From Nitrospirota bacterium (lineage in GTDB: Bacteria; Nitrospirota; UBA9217): a stretch of 64,000 nt of DNA. Within the stretch, counting starts at the first letter, position 1. Each line of letters begins with the position of its first letter. The notes beneath the pieces are model-generated. The model worked only from the letters and a program-made list of their open reading frames with translations, did not search any database and had not been told where the DNA came from. Location of the stretch: assembly GCA_035498715.1 (NCBI GenBank), contig DATJZV010000026.1, positions 76,875 to 140,874 on the forward strand. Direction: 5' to 3'. Shown here piece by piece: positions 29,087-38,266 of the stretch. Both the position numbers and the translations under genes were made by a program.

Positions 29087-31069
29087 ATGAAGGCTAAGGT
29101 CGGGAGAGAGAAAAGCCGTGTGCTCCACAACGTGAGCCTCCTAACAGACCACGATATTTACCTATTCAAACAGGGGAACCACTTCAAGCTCTATGAGAAG
29201 CTAGGCTCCCACGTCATGACTGTGGGCGGCGAAGCAGGAACTCTCTTCGCGGTCTGGGCGCCGAACGCAGCAAAGGTGTCGGTGATCGGGGATTTCAATG
29301 GATGGGACAAGAACGCCCACGCACTTCGCGCACGGGACGATGGATCAGGCATCTGGGAGGGGTTTATTCCCGGGGTATCTCACGGCACGCTGTATAAGTA
29401 CCACATCCGCTCCCGCGTGCATAACCACGAGGCGGCAAAGGGCGACCCATTTGCGTTCTCATGGGAGGTCCCGCCAAAAACTGCATCCATTGTGTGGGAC
29501 GTATCGTATGCATGGAGCGACTCGGACTGGATGAAAGACCGCCACAAAAGAAATGCATTGAGCTCGCCGATCTCAGTGTATGAACTCCATCCCGGATCAT
29601 GGCGCAGGGTTCCTGAGGACAACAATCGCTCCCTTACCTATCGTGAGCTCGCGGGCATCCTCCCCGCGTACCTCAAGGACATGGGCTTTACGCACGTGGA
29701 GTTCATGCCGGTAATGGAACACCCCTTTTATGGCTCCTGGGGATACCAGGTTACCGGATATTTTGCGCCCACGAGCCGCTACGGATCGCCCCAGGACTTC
29801 ATGCATCTCATCGACCGCCTGCACCAGGAGGGGATCGGTGTGGTCCTCGACTGGGTCCCATCCCATTTCCCGGACGACATCCACGGGCTTGTGTATTTTG
29901 ACGGGACGCACCTCTATGAACACGTGGACCCGAGAAAGGGGTACCATCCTGAATGGCATAGCTGCATCTTCAACTACGGCAGGTATGAGGTGCGCAATTT
30001 CCTGATCAGCAACGCCCTGTTCTGGCTGGACAAATACCATGCCGACGGGCTCAGGATCGACGGGGTCGCTTCCATGCTCTACCTGGACTACGCGCGCGAG
30101 GAGGGAGAGTGGATTCCAAACCCTTATGGCGGAAGAGAAAACCTGGAGGCCATCGATTTTTTGCGGAGCCTGAACCGTGAGGTGTACCGCGCATTTCCCG
30201 ATGTCCAGACCATTGCGGAGGAGTCCACGGCCTGGCCCATGGTCTCGAGGCCCGTACACGTGGGTGGGCTCGGTTTCGGCATGAAATGGAACATGGGGTG
30301 GATGCATGACACGCTGGAATACTTTTCAACAGACCCCGTCTTCCGCAAGTACCACCAGGGGATGATCACGTTCAGTATCTGGTACGCGTTCTTCGAGAAC
30401 TTCATGCTCCCCCTGTCCCACGACGAGGTAGTGCACGGCAAGGGTTCCCTTGCGGGCAGAATGCCGGGGAACGGAAAACAAAAGCTGGCAAACCTCCGTC
30501 TCTTGCTGGGCTTCCAATACCTGCATCCGGGCAAGAAGCTGGTGTTCATGGGAGGCGAGTTCGGACAGTGGAGAGAGTGGAGCCATGAGGAGAGCCTGGA
30601 CTGGCACTTGTTGCGCTATCGGGAACATCACGGCGTTCGCCAGTGGGTCAGGGACCTGAACCTGCTCTACCGGAACGAGGCTGCGCTCCATGGGTTCGAT
30701 TTTGAGCCTGCGGGGTTCGAATGGGTAGATTTCAGCGACCAGGAACAGAGCATCATCAGTTTCCTCCGAAGGGGGAGGAAAACAGAGGAACTGTTCCTCG
30801 CCATCTTCAACTTCACCCCAGTACCGCGATTCAACTACCGAGTGGGTGTACCCGAAGGAGGCTGGTGGATTGAAGTGTTAAACAGCGATGCTGCAGAATA
30901 CGGGGGTGACGGGTACGGGAACGCCGGAGGCGCAGAGGCTGAGCCTATTCCCTGCCACCGGAGAGACCACTCTCTCGCACTTATTCTTCCGCCCCTGAGC
31001 CTTCTGGTTTTTAAGAGACGGAGCGGGAATTCTTCCCTTTTCAAAGGGGAGATGAAAGCTACTATATGA
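29087..31069 (+). CDS. glgB: 1,4-alpha-glucan branching enzyme.
   Basis: 660 aa with a CBM48 domain (GTLFAVWAPNAAKVSVIGDFNGW) and GH13 catalytic motifs (DWVPSHF, GLRIDGVASMLY, EESTAWP, FMLPLSHDEV). Confidence 0.9.
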   Translation: MKAKVGREKSRVLHNVSLLTDHDIYLFKQGNHFKLYEKLGSHVMTVGGEAGTLFAVWAPNAAKVSVIGDFNGWDKNAHALRARDDGSGIWEGFIPGVSHGTLYKYHIRSRVHNHEAAKGDPFAFSWEVPPKTASIVWDVSYAWSDSDWMKDRHKRNALSSPISVYELHPGSWRRVPEDNNRSLTYRELAGILPAYLKDMGFTHVEFMPVMEHPFYGSWGYQVTGYFAPTSRYGSPQDFMHLIDRLHQEGIGVVLDWVPSHFPDDIHGLVYFDGTHLYEHVDPRKGYHPEWHSCIFNYGRYEVRNFLISNALFWLDKYHADGLRIDGVASMLYLDYAREEGEWIPNPYGGRENLEAIDFLRSLNREVYRAFPDVQTIAEESTAWPMVSRPVHVGGLGFGMKWNMGWMHDTLEYFSTDPVFRKYHQGMITFSIWYAFFENFMLPLSHDEVVHGKGSLAGRMPGNGKQKLANLRLLLGFQYLHPGKKLVFMGGEFGQWREWSHEESLDWHLLRYREHHGVRQWVRDLNLLYRNEAALHGFDFEPAGFEWVDFSDQEQSIISFLRRGRKTEELFLAIFNFTPVPRFNYRVGVPEGGWWIEVLNSDAAEYGGDGYGNAGGAEAEPIPCHRRDHSLALILPPLSLLVFKRRSGNSSLFKGEMKATI

Positions 31070-31121
31070 TTTAAGAAATGGCCATACAAATATTGAAAAA
31101 TATTGTATTATGTGATGCCAT

Positions 31122-31541
31122 ATGTATATGGACATCGTGCATCACAGGACCTGTACATACCAGATCGGGTACCATATCGTATTCTGCACCAAGTACCGGT
31201 ATAAAATGCTTATTGGCACGGTATCGGAGGATTTGAAGCGGATCCTGACTGATGTAGCCAAAGAAAAAGGTTTCGATATACGCGAAATGGCAGTCGGAGA
31301 AGACCATGTCCATTTATTCATCACGGCTCCTCCCCACATAAGCATCTCATCGCTCGTAAAGTGGGTGAAGGGCATATCGGCGAGGCATATGTTCATGAAA
31401 CGGCCGGGGCTCAAGAAAAAACTCTATAAAGGACATTTCTGGAACCCCAGCTATTACGTCGGCACCGTAGGGGAAATCAGTGAAAGCACGGTCCAGCGCT
31501 ATATTGCAAGCCAGAAAACCTCATACAGGGGCCATGCATAA
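31122..31541 (+). CDS. tnpA: IS200/IS605-family Y1 (HUH) transposase TnpA.
   Basis: 139 aa with YHIVFCTKYRYKML and HVHLFITAPPHISISSLVKWVKGISARHM (the HuH motif) and a conserved Tyr near YYVGTVG. Confidence 0.9.
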   Translation: MYMDIVHHRTCTYQIGYHIVFCTKYRYKMLIGTVSEDLKRILTDVAKEKGFDIREMAVGEDHVHLFITAPPHISISSLVKWVKGISARHMFMKRPGLKKKLYKGHFWNPSYYVGTVGEISESTVQRYIASQKTSYRGHA

Positions 31542-31620
31542 TCAGACCGCAAAAACCCCGAGGGCCATACGGCAAAAGAGACCCCATCATACAGTGGTAA
31601 CCCGCGCATACTGCTTCCCG

Positions 31621-33126
31621 ATGGAAGTCCCGGCCAAACAGCACGAACGTTTTATGGCGCAGCTTACCGCTTGCTGGCGTCTTAGGAACAATCTCGTTAA
31701 CGACCGGCTCACAAACCGGCTCTTTTGCAGGTCCCGGAAACAGCAGGGTCTTAAACCCGCATATCTGAACCGCGCAGATCAGTATCGTTCCCTGGCAAAA
31801 TACGTCAGGCAAGACACGGCATTATCCAAAGTCCACAGCCAGGTGCGGCAGAACGTCGCAGTCAGGGTGGATGAAGGTTATAAAAGGTTCTTTGACGCTC
31901 TCAAGGAGGGTAAAACCAGCGTCCATCCTCCCCGATTTCTTGATTTCAGGAAGTACCGCAGTTTCACCTTTCCCCAGTACGGTTCCGCGGCACACATAAA
32001 AAACAGCACGCTTCATCTTTCAGGACTTGGCGATTTCAGGATCCATGATTACCGGAAGGTCAGAGGGAAGAAAAAGACGGTCACGATCAAGATGAAGCAG
32101 GGCAGGTGGTGGTGCATCGTAACCGCGGAGACGCAGGAGAAGGACATTTTGCCGCAGGTACCGTCTGAAGGCAGAATGAACGCTGGCATAGACCCGGGTC
32201 TTTCGGTCCTCATGACGGATTCTTACGGAGAAACGTACGACCCGCCGAAGGCATGGCATGACAACAGGCGTAAACTGCGGATGGCGCAGAAGAAGATGTC
32301 CCGGCAGTTCGAGGCGAGAAAAAGGTCACATGCAATGCGGGCAACTCTGGCTAAATCCTGTGGCATTACATCTCCCGTACTACGCGACATCCCGTATTCG
32401 AACCGGCTGACAAAACAAATAAAGAAAGTGGCGAAGATCCACACCAAAGTCGAGCGCATCCGGGAACATCACCACAAGAAGAACGCGGCGATCATAGCCG
32501 ACCGTTATAACATGGTGGCCGTCGAAGACCACGGCGCGGGGTTCATGACCAGGAACCGGAAGCTTGCGAAGCTTGCGTCTGACCGCGCTACCTCAAGTCA
32601 GAAACTGAGACTCATAAGCAAGCTTGGGGGACGCTATATCAAGGCACCGACAACACATAACGGGGTTGGGAACAGCCAGGTTTGTGTATGTGGTGCTCTT
32701 GTGCCCAAAGCGCTGTCTGAACGGGTCCATGCATGCCCTGAATGCGGCCTTGTCGCCGGCCGTGACCATATGGCGGCAAACGTCATATCGGCCAATGTAT
32801 TCGGTTTCGTATCTTTGAGCCTTTGTGCTCCGGCTGCCGGGCAGGAAGTCGTAAGACGTGGAGAGGATAAGAACCCGGCCGGCGAAAGCCGCCGGATTGA
32901 GTCGCACGCGGTCGTTGCGGCTTTAGAATCCTCCGTGAAGCGTCGACCTCTTGTGCAGGTCCGGCATACTACGGGTGCGGAAGCTACCGTAGAAGGCAAG
33001 ACTGCTTCGCATCGACGAACGGGTTTAGGTACCGCTTGCCGTTGCGCTGATGAGCCGAAAACGGCCGCTATCACCGGGAGAAACACGGTTCCTTCTGATA
33101 GTATGCACGCGCTAAACAGCGTATAA
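31621..33126 (+). CDS. tnpB: TnpB (OrfB), an IS605-family RuvC-like RNA-guided nuclease. The ORF carries an atypical C-terminal extension of about 100 aa.
   Basis: The internal start MEVPAKQHERF gives the typical N-terminal helix-turn-helix/WED region. RuvC-I GIDPGLSVLMTDSYGE, RuvC-II AVEDH, zinc finger CVCGALV...CPECG and RuvC-III RDHMAANVI are all present. The frame then stays open for about 100 low-complexity, Arg-rich codons, probably read-through of the omegaRNA / right-end region. Confidence 0.8.
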   Translation: MEVPAKQHERFMAQLTACWRLRNNLVNDRLTNRLFCRSRKQQGLKPAYLNRADQYRSLAKYVRQDTALSKVHSQVRQNVAVRVDEGYKRFFDALKEGKTSVHPPRFLDFRKYRSFTFPQYGSAAHIKNSTLHLSGLGDFRIHDYRKVRGKKKTVTIKMKQGRWWCIVTAETQEKDILPQVPSEGRMNAGIDPGLSVLMTDSYGETYDPPKAWHDNRRKLRMAQKKMSRQFEARKRSHAMRATLAKSCGITSPVLRDIPYSNRLTKQIKKVAKIHTKVERIREHHHKKNAAIIADRYNMVAVEDHGAGFMTRNRKLAKLASDRATSSQKLRLISKLGGRYIKAPTTHNGVGNSQVCVCGALVPKALSERVHACPECGLVAGRDHMAANVISANVFGFVSLSLCAPAAGQEVVRRGEDKNPAGESRRIESHAVVAALESSVKRRPLVQVRHTTGAEATVEGKTASHRRTGLGTACRCADEPKTAAITGRNTVPSDSMHALNSV

Positions 33127-33517
33127 TGTAGAATCTGGGCTGTTACGATACACCAGAGGATGCCCCCGAAATCCATTCGGGGGAGGATGTCACAAGGCAC
33201 CATGCTCCTCAATCGTGATGGATGAGAGAAGGGAAAGTGTCGTTTCACTTGACTATTATCCACCCCTGCGTGATAATGAACGCCATCTGCAGTGCTAGGA
33301 CGAATTCTAAGCACGAATTACCAAAACCTCATCCGGACAAGACGGCAAAAACCCTTTAAACCGCTGGGACGCGAAGGTCGCGAAGTGGTTGGTCGTCAAT
33401 AAATATTCATGTATGCAGTTCTTTGCGCTCTTCACTTAGTCGCATTGATTCTGGACCATGCGACTTTGCGGTGAATAAGGTTTTTGATGATATCTTTAAG
33501 GAGAATTTCGTAAAGCA

Positions 33518-35521
33518 ATGAAAGCGGCAGATAATAAAAGAGAATCTTCATTGTGGCAAAACGAGGTAAGGCGCGTAGCGACCGGCATCCGGCGGCGTGT
33601 GCTCGACCATACGATCAAGAACAGCGGCGGTTATCTCAGCCAGGCTTGTTCCTCGGCAGAGATTCTGGCCACTCTTTATGTAAAGGTTATGAACCTCGGT
33701 AAGGTCGACGTCCCTCTTGTACCCCAACCTTTCCCCGGTGTCCCAGGCCCGAATAATCCGAATTATTTTACCGGTGCTGCGTTCAATGGGCCCGGAAAAG
33801 ATCAAGACCGGTTCTTTCTCTCTCCGGCCCAATATGCCATGGTCCTTTACGCAACGCTTATCGAGACGGGCCGCATGGCAGAGGAGGGCCTTAGCCAGTT
33901 CAATAAGGATGGAAGCGTGGTGGAGATGATCGGTGCGGAGCATTCTCCCGGCATGGAGACCATGACCGGGTCCCTGGGCCAGGGAATCAGCCAGGCTGCG
34001 GGCATAGCCATGGCCAGAAAACGAAAGGGCGAGAAGGGCAGGGTATTCATCTTTATGTCTGATGGCGAATTCCAGATCGGCCAGACCTGGGAGGCGCTTC
34101 AGACAATGTCTTTTCACATGCTTGACAACGTGATTATCTACGTTGATGTGAACGGGTTTCAGTGCGACGGGAAGATGTGCAATGTCATGGATATCGAGCC
34201 CCTGGACAAAAGGCTTGAATCCTTCGGAGCGCGGGTATTGCGGGTGAACGGTCACGATATCAAGCGCCTGGCAGATGTCGGATCACTGGCGCCTGACGGG
34301 CGGCCTGTGGTCGTGCTCGCGGACACCGACGCATGCAGGGGGATCGAAGTCCTTAAAGCAAGAGCCCCGAAGATGCACTATGTCCGCTTCACCTCCGAAG
34401 AGGAGAAGGACCGCTACGTAACTGCCTTTCAGGGGCTCAGCGGAAAAGAACAAACGCCTGAACCAAAGGTTGTCCAAACCGAGTTGAAACCTCAAGTTAA
34501 GCCTTATGCAGGTCCTGAAATCCTTTCCAGGGTTCATGCGAAAAATTTCGTCAAATGGGCTGAGAACAAACCGGAGGTGCTCGTGCTCTCGGCTGACCTC
34601 ACGAGTTCAACCGAGATCGACATCTTCAGGGATACCTATCCCGACAGATTCCTCTCCATGGGCATAGCTGAACAGAACATGCTGAGCTTTGCTGCGGGAC
34701 TTGCGCGGGAAGGGTTCATCCCCTTTGTGCATACCTTCGCGGTATTCATCTACCGCCGCGCCTATGACCAGATAGCGATGTCCGTCGCTTATCCCAATCT
34801 CTCCGTGAGGATGATCGGTTTTCTTCCGGGCATCACCACCCCCGGGGGAGCAACCCATCAAGCCATCGAGGACATCGCCATCATGCGGGCACTGCCGAAC
34901 ATGACTGTCATCGAGTGCGGGGACGCAACCGAAGTTGAATCCGTCCTCGATGTGATCGAAAAGATCAACGGGCCGGTGTATGTGAGGATGCTACGGGGCG
35001 AGATCCCACGGCTATTCGATAAAGAGGACCCCATGCAGTTCGGGAAGGCGCGGGTGCTCTCCGAAGGCAGCGACGTGGCGATTTTGACATCGGGCATCAT
35101 GACCGAAGAGGCCATGCGGGGAGTACAGGTCCTCCGGAAGCGGGGACTCTCGATCCAGCATATGCACATCTCGACATTGAAGCCCTTTGACGATCAGTCC
35201 GTGCTCGATGCGATAGCTACATCACGCCATGGTGTGATTACCATGGAAAACCATACCATCATCGGCGGCCTGGGGTCCATCATTGCCGAGAAGATGGCGG
35301 AGGCAGGCATGGCTAAGAAGCTCGTGCGCATTGGACTGCGGGATACCTATGCTCACGGGGCGAGCAAACAATACCTCCTGAAGAAATACGGAATGGACGC
35401 TCTTGCCCTGATCAAAGAGGTGGAAGCCATGGTCGGGGAAACATTTAATATATCCGAGAATGAGCTTACTAAAACGCACGTTGCCGCTGTCCACAGCAAG
35501 GCAAAGTCAGAGGCGCTGTGA
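33518..35521 (+). CDS. Transketolase-family protein with the TPP-binding N-terminal module and the Pyr/C-terminal module fused in one ORF.
   Basis: 667 aa. The N-terminal half has HSPGMETMTGSLGQGISQAAGIAMA and GDGEFQIGQTWEA (the TPP GDG motif). The C-terminal half has FLSMGIAEQNMLSFAAGLAREG, transketolase-C-like HTFAVFIYRRAYDQI, and PGGATHQAIEDIAIMRALPN. Confidence 0.8.
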   Translation: MKAADNKRESSLWQNEVRRVATGIRRRVLDHTIKNSGGYLSQACSSAEILATLYVKVMNLGKVDVPLVPQPFPGVPGPNNPNYFTGAAFNGPGKDQDRFFLSPAQYAMVLYATLIETGRMAEEGLSQFNKDGSVVEMIGAEHSPGMETMTGSLGQGISQAAGIAMARKRKGEKGRVFIFMSDGEFQIGQTWEALQTMSFHMLDNVIIYVDVNGFQCDGKMCNVMDIEPLDKRLESFGARVLRVNGHDIKRLADVGSLAPDGRPVVVLADTDACRGIEVLKARAPKMHYVRFTSEEEKDRYVTAFQGLSGKEQTPEPKVVQTELKPQVKPYAGPEILSRVHAKNFVKWAENKPEVLVLSADLTSSTEIDIFRDTYPDRFLSMGIAEQNMLSFAAGLAREGFIPFVHTFAVFIYRRAYDQIAMSVAYPNLSVRMIGFLPGITTPGGATHQAIEDIAIMRALPNMTVIECGDATEVESVLDVIEKINGPVYVRMLRGEIPRLFDKEDPMQFGKARVLSEGSDVAILTSGIMTEEAMRGVQVLRKRGLSIQHMHISTLKPFDDQSVLDAIATSRHGVITMENHTIIGGLGSIIAEKMAEAGMAKKLVRIGLRDTYAHGASKQYLLKKYGMDALALIKEVEAMVGETFNISENELTKTHVAAVHSKAKSEAL

Positions 35522-35748
35522 GCGACCGGGATCAGGGACATTCGTAAACGGCAAATGCGTTGCCTGCTGGCAAGGGCGGAGAGGACAGACAGGAAGAGCC
35601 TATCTTCATTTATATCTTCGCGTTCTTAGCGTGCTTGCAGCAGACAAACTATACTCCTGGATTCCCGATTCCGCGGGAATTACAAACTCGATCGCTTATC
35701 AATAAACCTCTTAATACCTGAGTCACAGTACACGGTAAAGGTGCTTTC

Positions 35749-36903
35749 ATGACCATTAGTAAAACCTGTACCCCTGAATCCTTGTTTTCCTCCGACCGCT
35801 TTCTTGTTACCTACCGGTTGTTCGGCAGCGAGCAGGAGGCCCGCGCCAAGGCAGAGGACATCTGCATTGAGCAGACCGTGGAATTCCCCGGCGATCTGGT
35901 TCCGGAAGGAATCATCAGGGACCATGTGTTCGGAAGGATTGAAGAACTCCAGCCATGGGACACTGAAAGCTTCAGGGCAGTCATCAGCTATGCTGTGGAG
36001 ATCGCTGCAGGCGAGCTGACCCAGTTTCTGAACGTCGTCTTCGGCAACAGCAGCATCAAACCCGGCATCAGGGTGGAGCATCTCGATCTTCCCGGGTCAT
36101 TTCTCAGCTGCTTTAAAGGACCTCGCTTTGGCCGGGAGGGGATACGACGCCTTGTAAGCGTCCCGAAGCGGCCGCTTCTTTCAACAGCGCTCAAGCCCAT
36201 GGGTCTTTCGTCAATGGAGCTTGCGGATCTGGCCTACCAGTTTACTCTGGGAGGTATGGACATCGTCAAGGACGACCACGGTCTAAGCAATCAATGCTGT
36301 GCGCCTTTCAAGGAACGGGTCAGCCTTTGTGCCGAGGCCGTGCAGAGGGGGAACAAAGAAACGGGCCAGCGGACTATCTATGTGGCAAATATCTCCGCTC
36401 CACATGCCGAAATGATGAAGAGGGCCAGGATTGCGAAAGACGTCGGCGCAGGAGGGCTGATGGTTGCTCCGGGAATAATCGGTTTTGACGCGATGAGAGA
36501 GTTGGCGGATGACGACAGCATCTCTCTGCCGATCCTGACACATCCGGCCTTACAAGGAAGTTTTGTAACAAGCCGGAACGGAATATCCCATGGCGTCATC
36601 TTCGGACAGCTCGCACGCCTGGCAGGAGCGGACGCAACCATCTTCCCGAATTTCGGAGGCCGATTCTCGTTCAGCCGAGAGGAATGTGAAGAGATCGTCA
36701 AGGGGACCTCTGTCCCTATGGGACAACTCAAAACCATCTTCCCCGCACCAGGAGGCGGCATGAGCATTGAGATGGTACCCGACATGCTTGAGACCTACGG
36801 GCAGGACCTGATATTCCTGATCGGTGGGGGGCTGTTCCGGCACAGTCCCGACCTCATTGAGAACTGTCGCTACTTCAGGAGAATGGTAGAGCAGATTAAG
36901 TAG
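35749..36903 (+). CDS. RuBisCO-like protein (form IV large-subunit homologue, non-carboxylating).
   Basis: 384 aa. GGMDIVKDDHG corresponds to RuBisCO GGLDFTKDDE; the K201 and D203 equivalents are kept and E204 is His. LKPMGLS corresponds to KPKLGLS, with K177 replaced by Met. HPAL replaces HRAM, so R295 is Pro. C-terminal phosphate-binding Gly motifs (APGGG, IGGG) are present. There is no N-terminal domain of carboxylase length. Confidence 0.8.
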   Translation: MTISKTCTPESLFSSDRFLVTYRLFGSEQEARAKAEDICIEQTVEFPGDLVPEGIIRDHVFGRIEELQPWDTESFRAVISYAVEIAAGELTQFLNVVFGNSSIKPGIRVEHLDLPGSFLSCFKGPRFGREGIRRLVSVPKRPLLSTALKPMGLSSMELADLAYQFTLGGMDIVKDDHGLSNQCCAPFKERVSLCAEAVQRGNKETGQRTIYVANISAPHAEMMKRARIAKDVGAGGLMVAPGIIGFDAMRELADDDSISLPILTHPALQGSFVTSRNGISHGVIFGQLARLAGADATIFPNFGGRFSFSREECEEIVKGTSVPMGQLKTIFPAPGGGMSIEMVPDMLETYGQDLIFLIGGGLFRHSPDLIENCRYFRRMVEQIK

Positions 36904-37067
36904 CGCAGCCCAGAGAAAGAGGCGGCCATTCGAGTATCGGGATGTCCATGTTTAAAGCAAAGGCATATATTCACTAGAGATGGTCCAGGAAAGAAATTTG
37001 CCACGTGTTGTCTGGGACGAGAAGCGTTCACCCCGGACGTAGGGGTGTCGTTGTGAGGTGATGCATA

Positions 37068-37664
37068 ATGCGTACTGAGATCTGCATCCGGTTACCCGAT
37101 TGGCTTAAGAACTTTGTGGCTTCGTCCCCAGAGGCATTCCCAAATGTTGAGGACCGCATGCGCTTTGTCATTTCTCTTGCCCGGCAGAATGTGCAGCGCA
37201 CGACGGGTGGCCCCTTCGCCTCTGCGGTTTTCGACCACAGCGGTCGCCTGATCGCCCCGGGTATCAACATGGTGGTCACGTCGAATTGCTCCGTTCTCCA
37301 TGCGGAAATCGTGGCGCTTGTTCTTGCTCAAGAGACACTCGGCAGGTACGACCTGAGCGACGAGGGGAGGCTGCATTACGATCTCATAGCATCCGCAGAA
37401 CCCTGCGCTATGTGCTTTGGTGCCGTTCCGTGGTCCGGTGTGCGACGACTGGTGTGCGGGGCGCGGGATGAGGACGCGAGGGCCATCGGGTTCGATGAGG
37501 GGCCCAAGCTGGATGACTGGGTTGCAGAGCTCAACAATCGCGGTATAGCGGTGTTGCGCGACGTGCTCCGAGAGGAAGCGGCGGCGGTGCTTCGAGAATA
37601 CGGTGCGGCAGGAGGGACGATATACAACTCCGGTCGTCCGGACCGGAGGATTAACCGAGTGTAA
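37068..37664 (+). CDS. CDA-fold nucleoside/nucleotide deaminase (guanine deaminase / TadA-like family).
   Basis: 198 aa with the zinc-binding motif HAE(x)nPCAMC: VLHAEIVAL ... EPCAMCFGAV. Confidence 0.75.
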   Translation: MRTEICIRLPDWLKNFVASSPEAFPNVEDRMRFVISLARQNVQRTTGGPFASAVFDHSGRLIAPGINMVVTSNCSVLHAEIVALVLAQETLGRYDLSDEGRLHYDLIASAEPCAMCFGAVPWSGVRRLVCGARDEDARAIGFDEGPKLDDWVAELNNRGIAVLRDVLREEAAAVLREYGAAGGTIYNSGRPDRRINRV

Positions 37665-37845
37665 CGGCTCGCACAGCTGGTAGCAGTCACGACAATGCAA
37701 GGGAAGAGGCCCCTTTACAAAGGCGCCTCCTCTTGGCAAGGTCACGACCAACGGGCAGTCAAAGATGCATTGAAGACCTCATACGATCTTGCGCGGTTTT
37801 TGAGTATGGCATGGATCATTTGCGGGACTTGGTGGAGACTAAAAA

Positions 37846-37882
37846 GGGGCTCCGGTAAATTGCCGGAGCCCCTCCTATTTTG
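37846..37882. terminator. Bidirectional rho-independent terminator between the convergent deaminase gene and the small secreted-protein gene.
   Basis: A perfect 10-bp GC-rich stem GGGGCTCCGG / CCGGAGCCCC (37846-37872) with a 7-nt loop, flanked by AAAAA upstream and a T-rich stretch (TCCTATTTTG) downstream. Confidence 0.55.
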
Positions 37883-37900
37883 ATTCTGTTCGCTGATCGA

Positions 37901-38161
37901 TTACTTTGCCTTTACTTCGATGTCCGTGGCCTTCATTTCGTACTGAATGGTGACCTTGGCGCCGACCTTGAGGTCACCTTTGACTTTGGTGTTTGCGTCC
38001 TTGGCGATCTCCCACTTGTCCTTGCCTTTCTGGACGACAATCATGGTATCCTTGATCTCCAGGACGGGACCGGTTACTTGATAGGTCTTGACGGAACCGG
38101 CGAATGCCAATGCTGCAGTGAGCAACAACACGACTACTACTACGACTGCTGCACGCTTCAT
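37901..38161 (-). CDS. Small secreted protein of unknown function.
   Basis: Internal start MKRAAVVVVVVLLLTAALAFA (signal peptide) plus about 65 aa of Lys-rich beta-type sequence. It lies immediately downstream of the DUF853 gene on the same strand. Confidence 0.45.
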   Translation of the reverse strand: MKRAAVVVVVVLLLTAALAFAGSVKTYQVTGPVLEIKDTMIVVQKGKDKWEIAKDANTKVKGDLKVGAKVTIQYEMKATDIEVKAK

Positions 38162-38266
38162 AGAAAACCTCCTTAGGTGTGAGATGATAACGCTCGAGAT
38201 TATAGCGGATCTAGGTGCCACTGTCAAGGCACACGGCCGGATCCTCCGGTCGCTTGATGCCAGGAG

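Larger units (their letters stand above)
31075..33190 (+). mobile_element. IS200/IS605-family insertion sequence of the IS605 type, carrying tnpA and tnpB. The ends are approximate.
   Basis: A Y1 HUH transposase gene is followed by a tnpB gene. A palindromic left-end region lies at about 31081-31130 (CCATATGTATATGG). A stable hairpin sits at 33164-33184 (CCCCCGAA-ATCCA-TTCGGGGG) beyond tnpB, typical of a right-end subterminal hairpin. The element is inserted 5 nt after the glgB stop. Confidence 0.65.

Noticed and set aside
31480-31620. tnpB start at 31480 (MKARSSAILQ...) from the ORF track.
   Set aside because: It overlaps the tnpA 3' end in another frame and adds a non-homologous basic leader. 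The TnpB-like N-terminus begins at MEVPAKQ (31621). The true start remains somewhat uncertain.
35749-36903. Considered calling this a bona fide CO2-fixing RuBisCO large subunit.
   Set aside because: Several catalytic residues are substituted (K177M, E204H, R295P). There is no small-subunit or CBB-cycle context (no prk or cbb genes). This fits a form-IV RLP.
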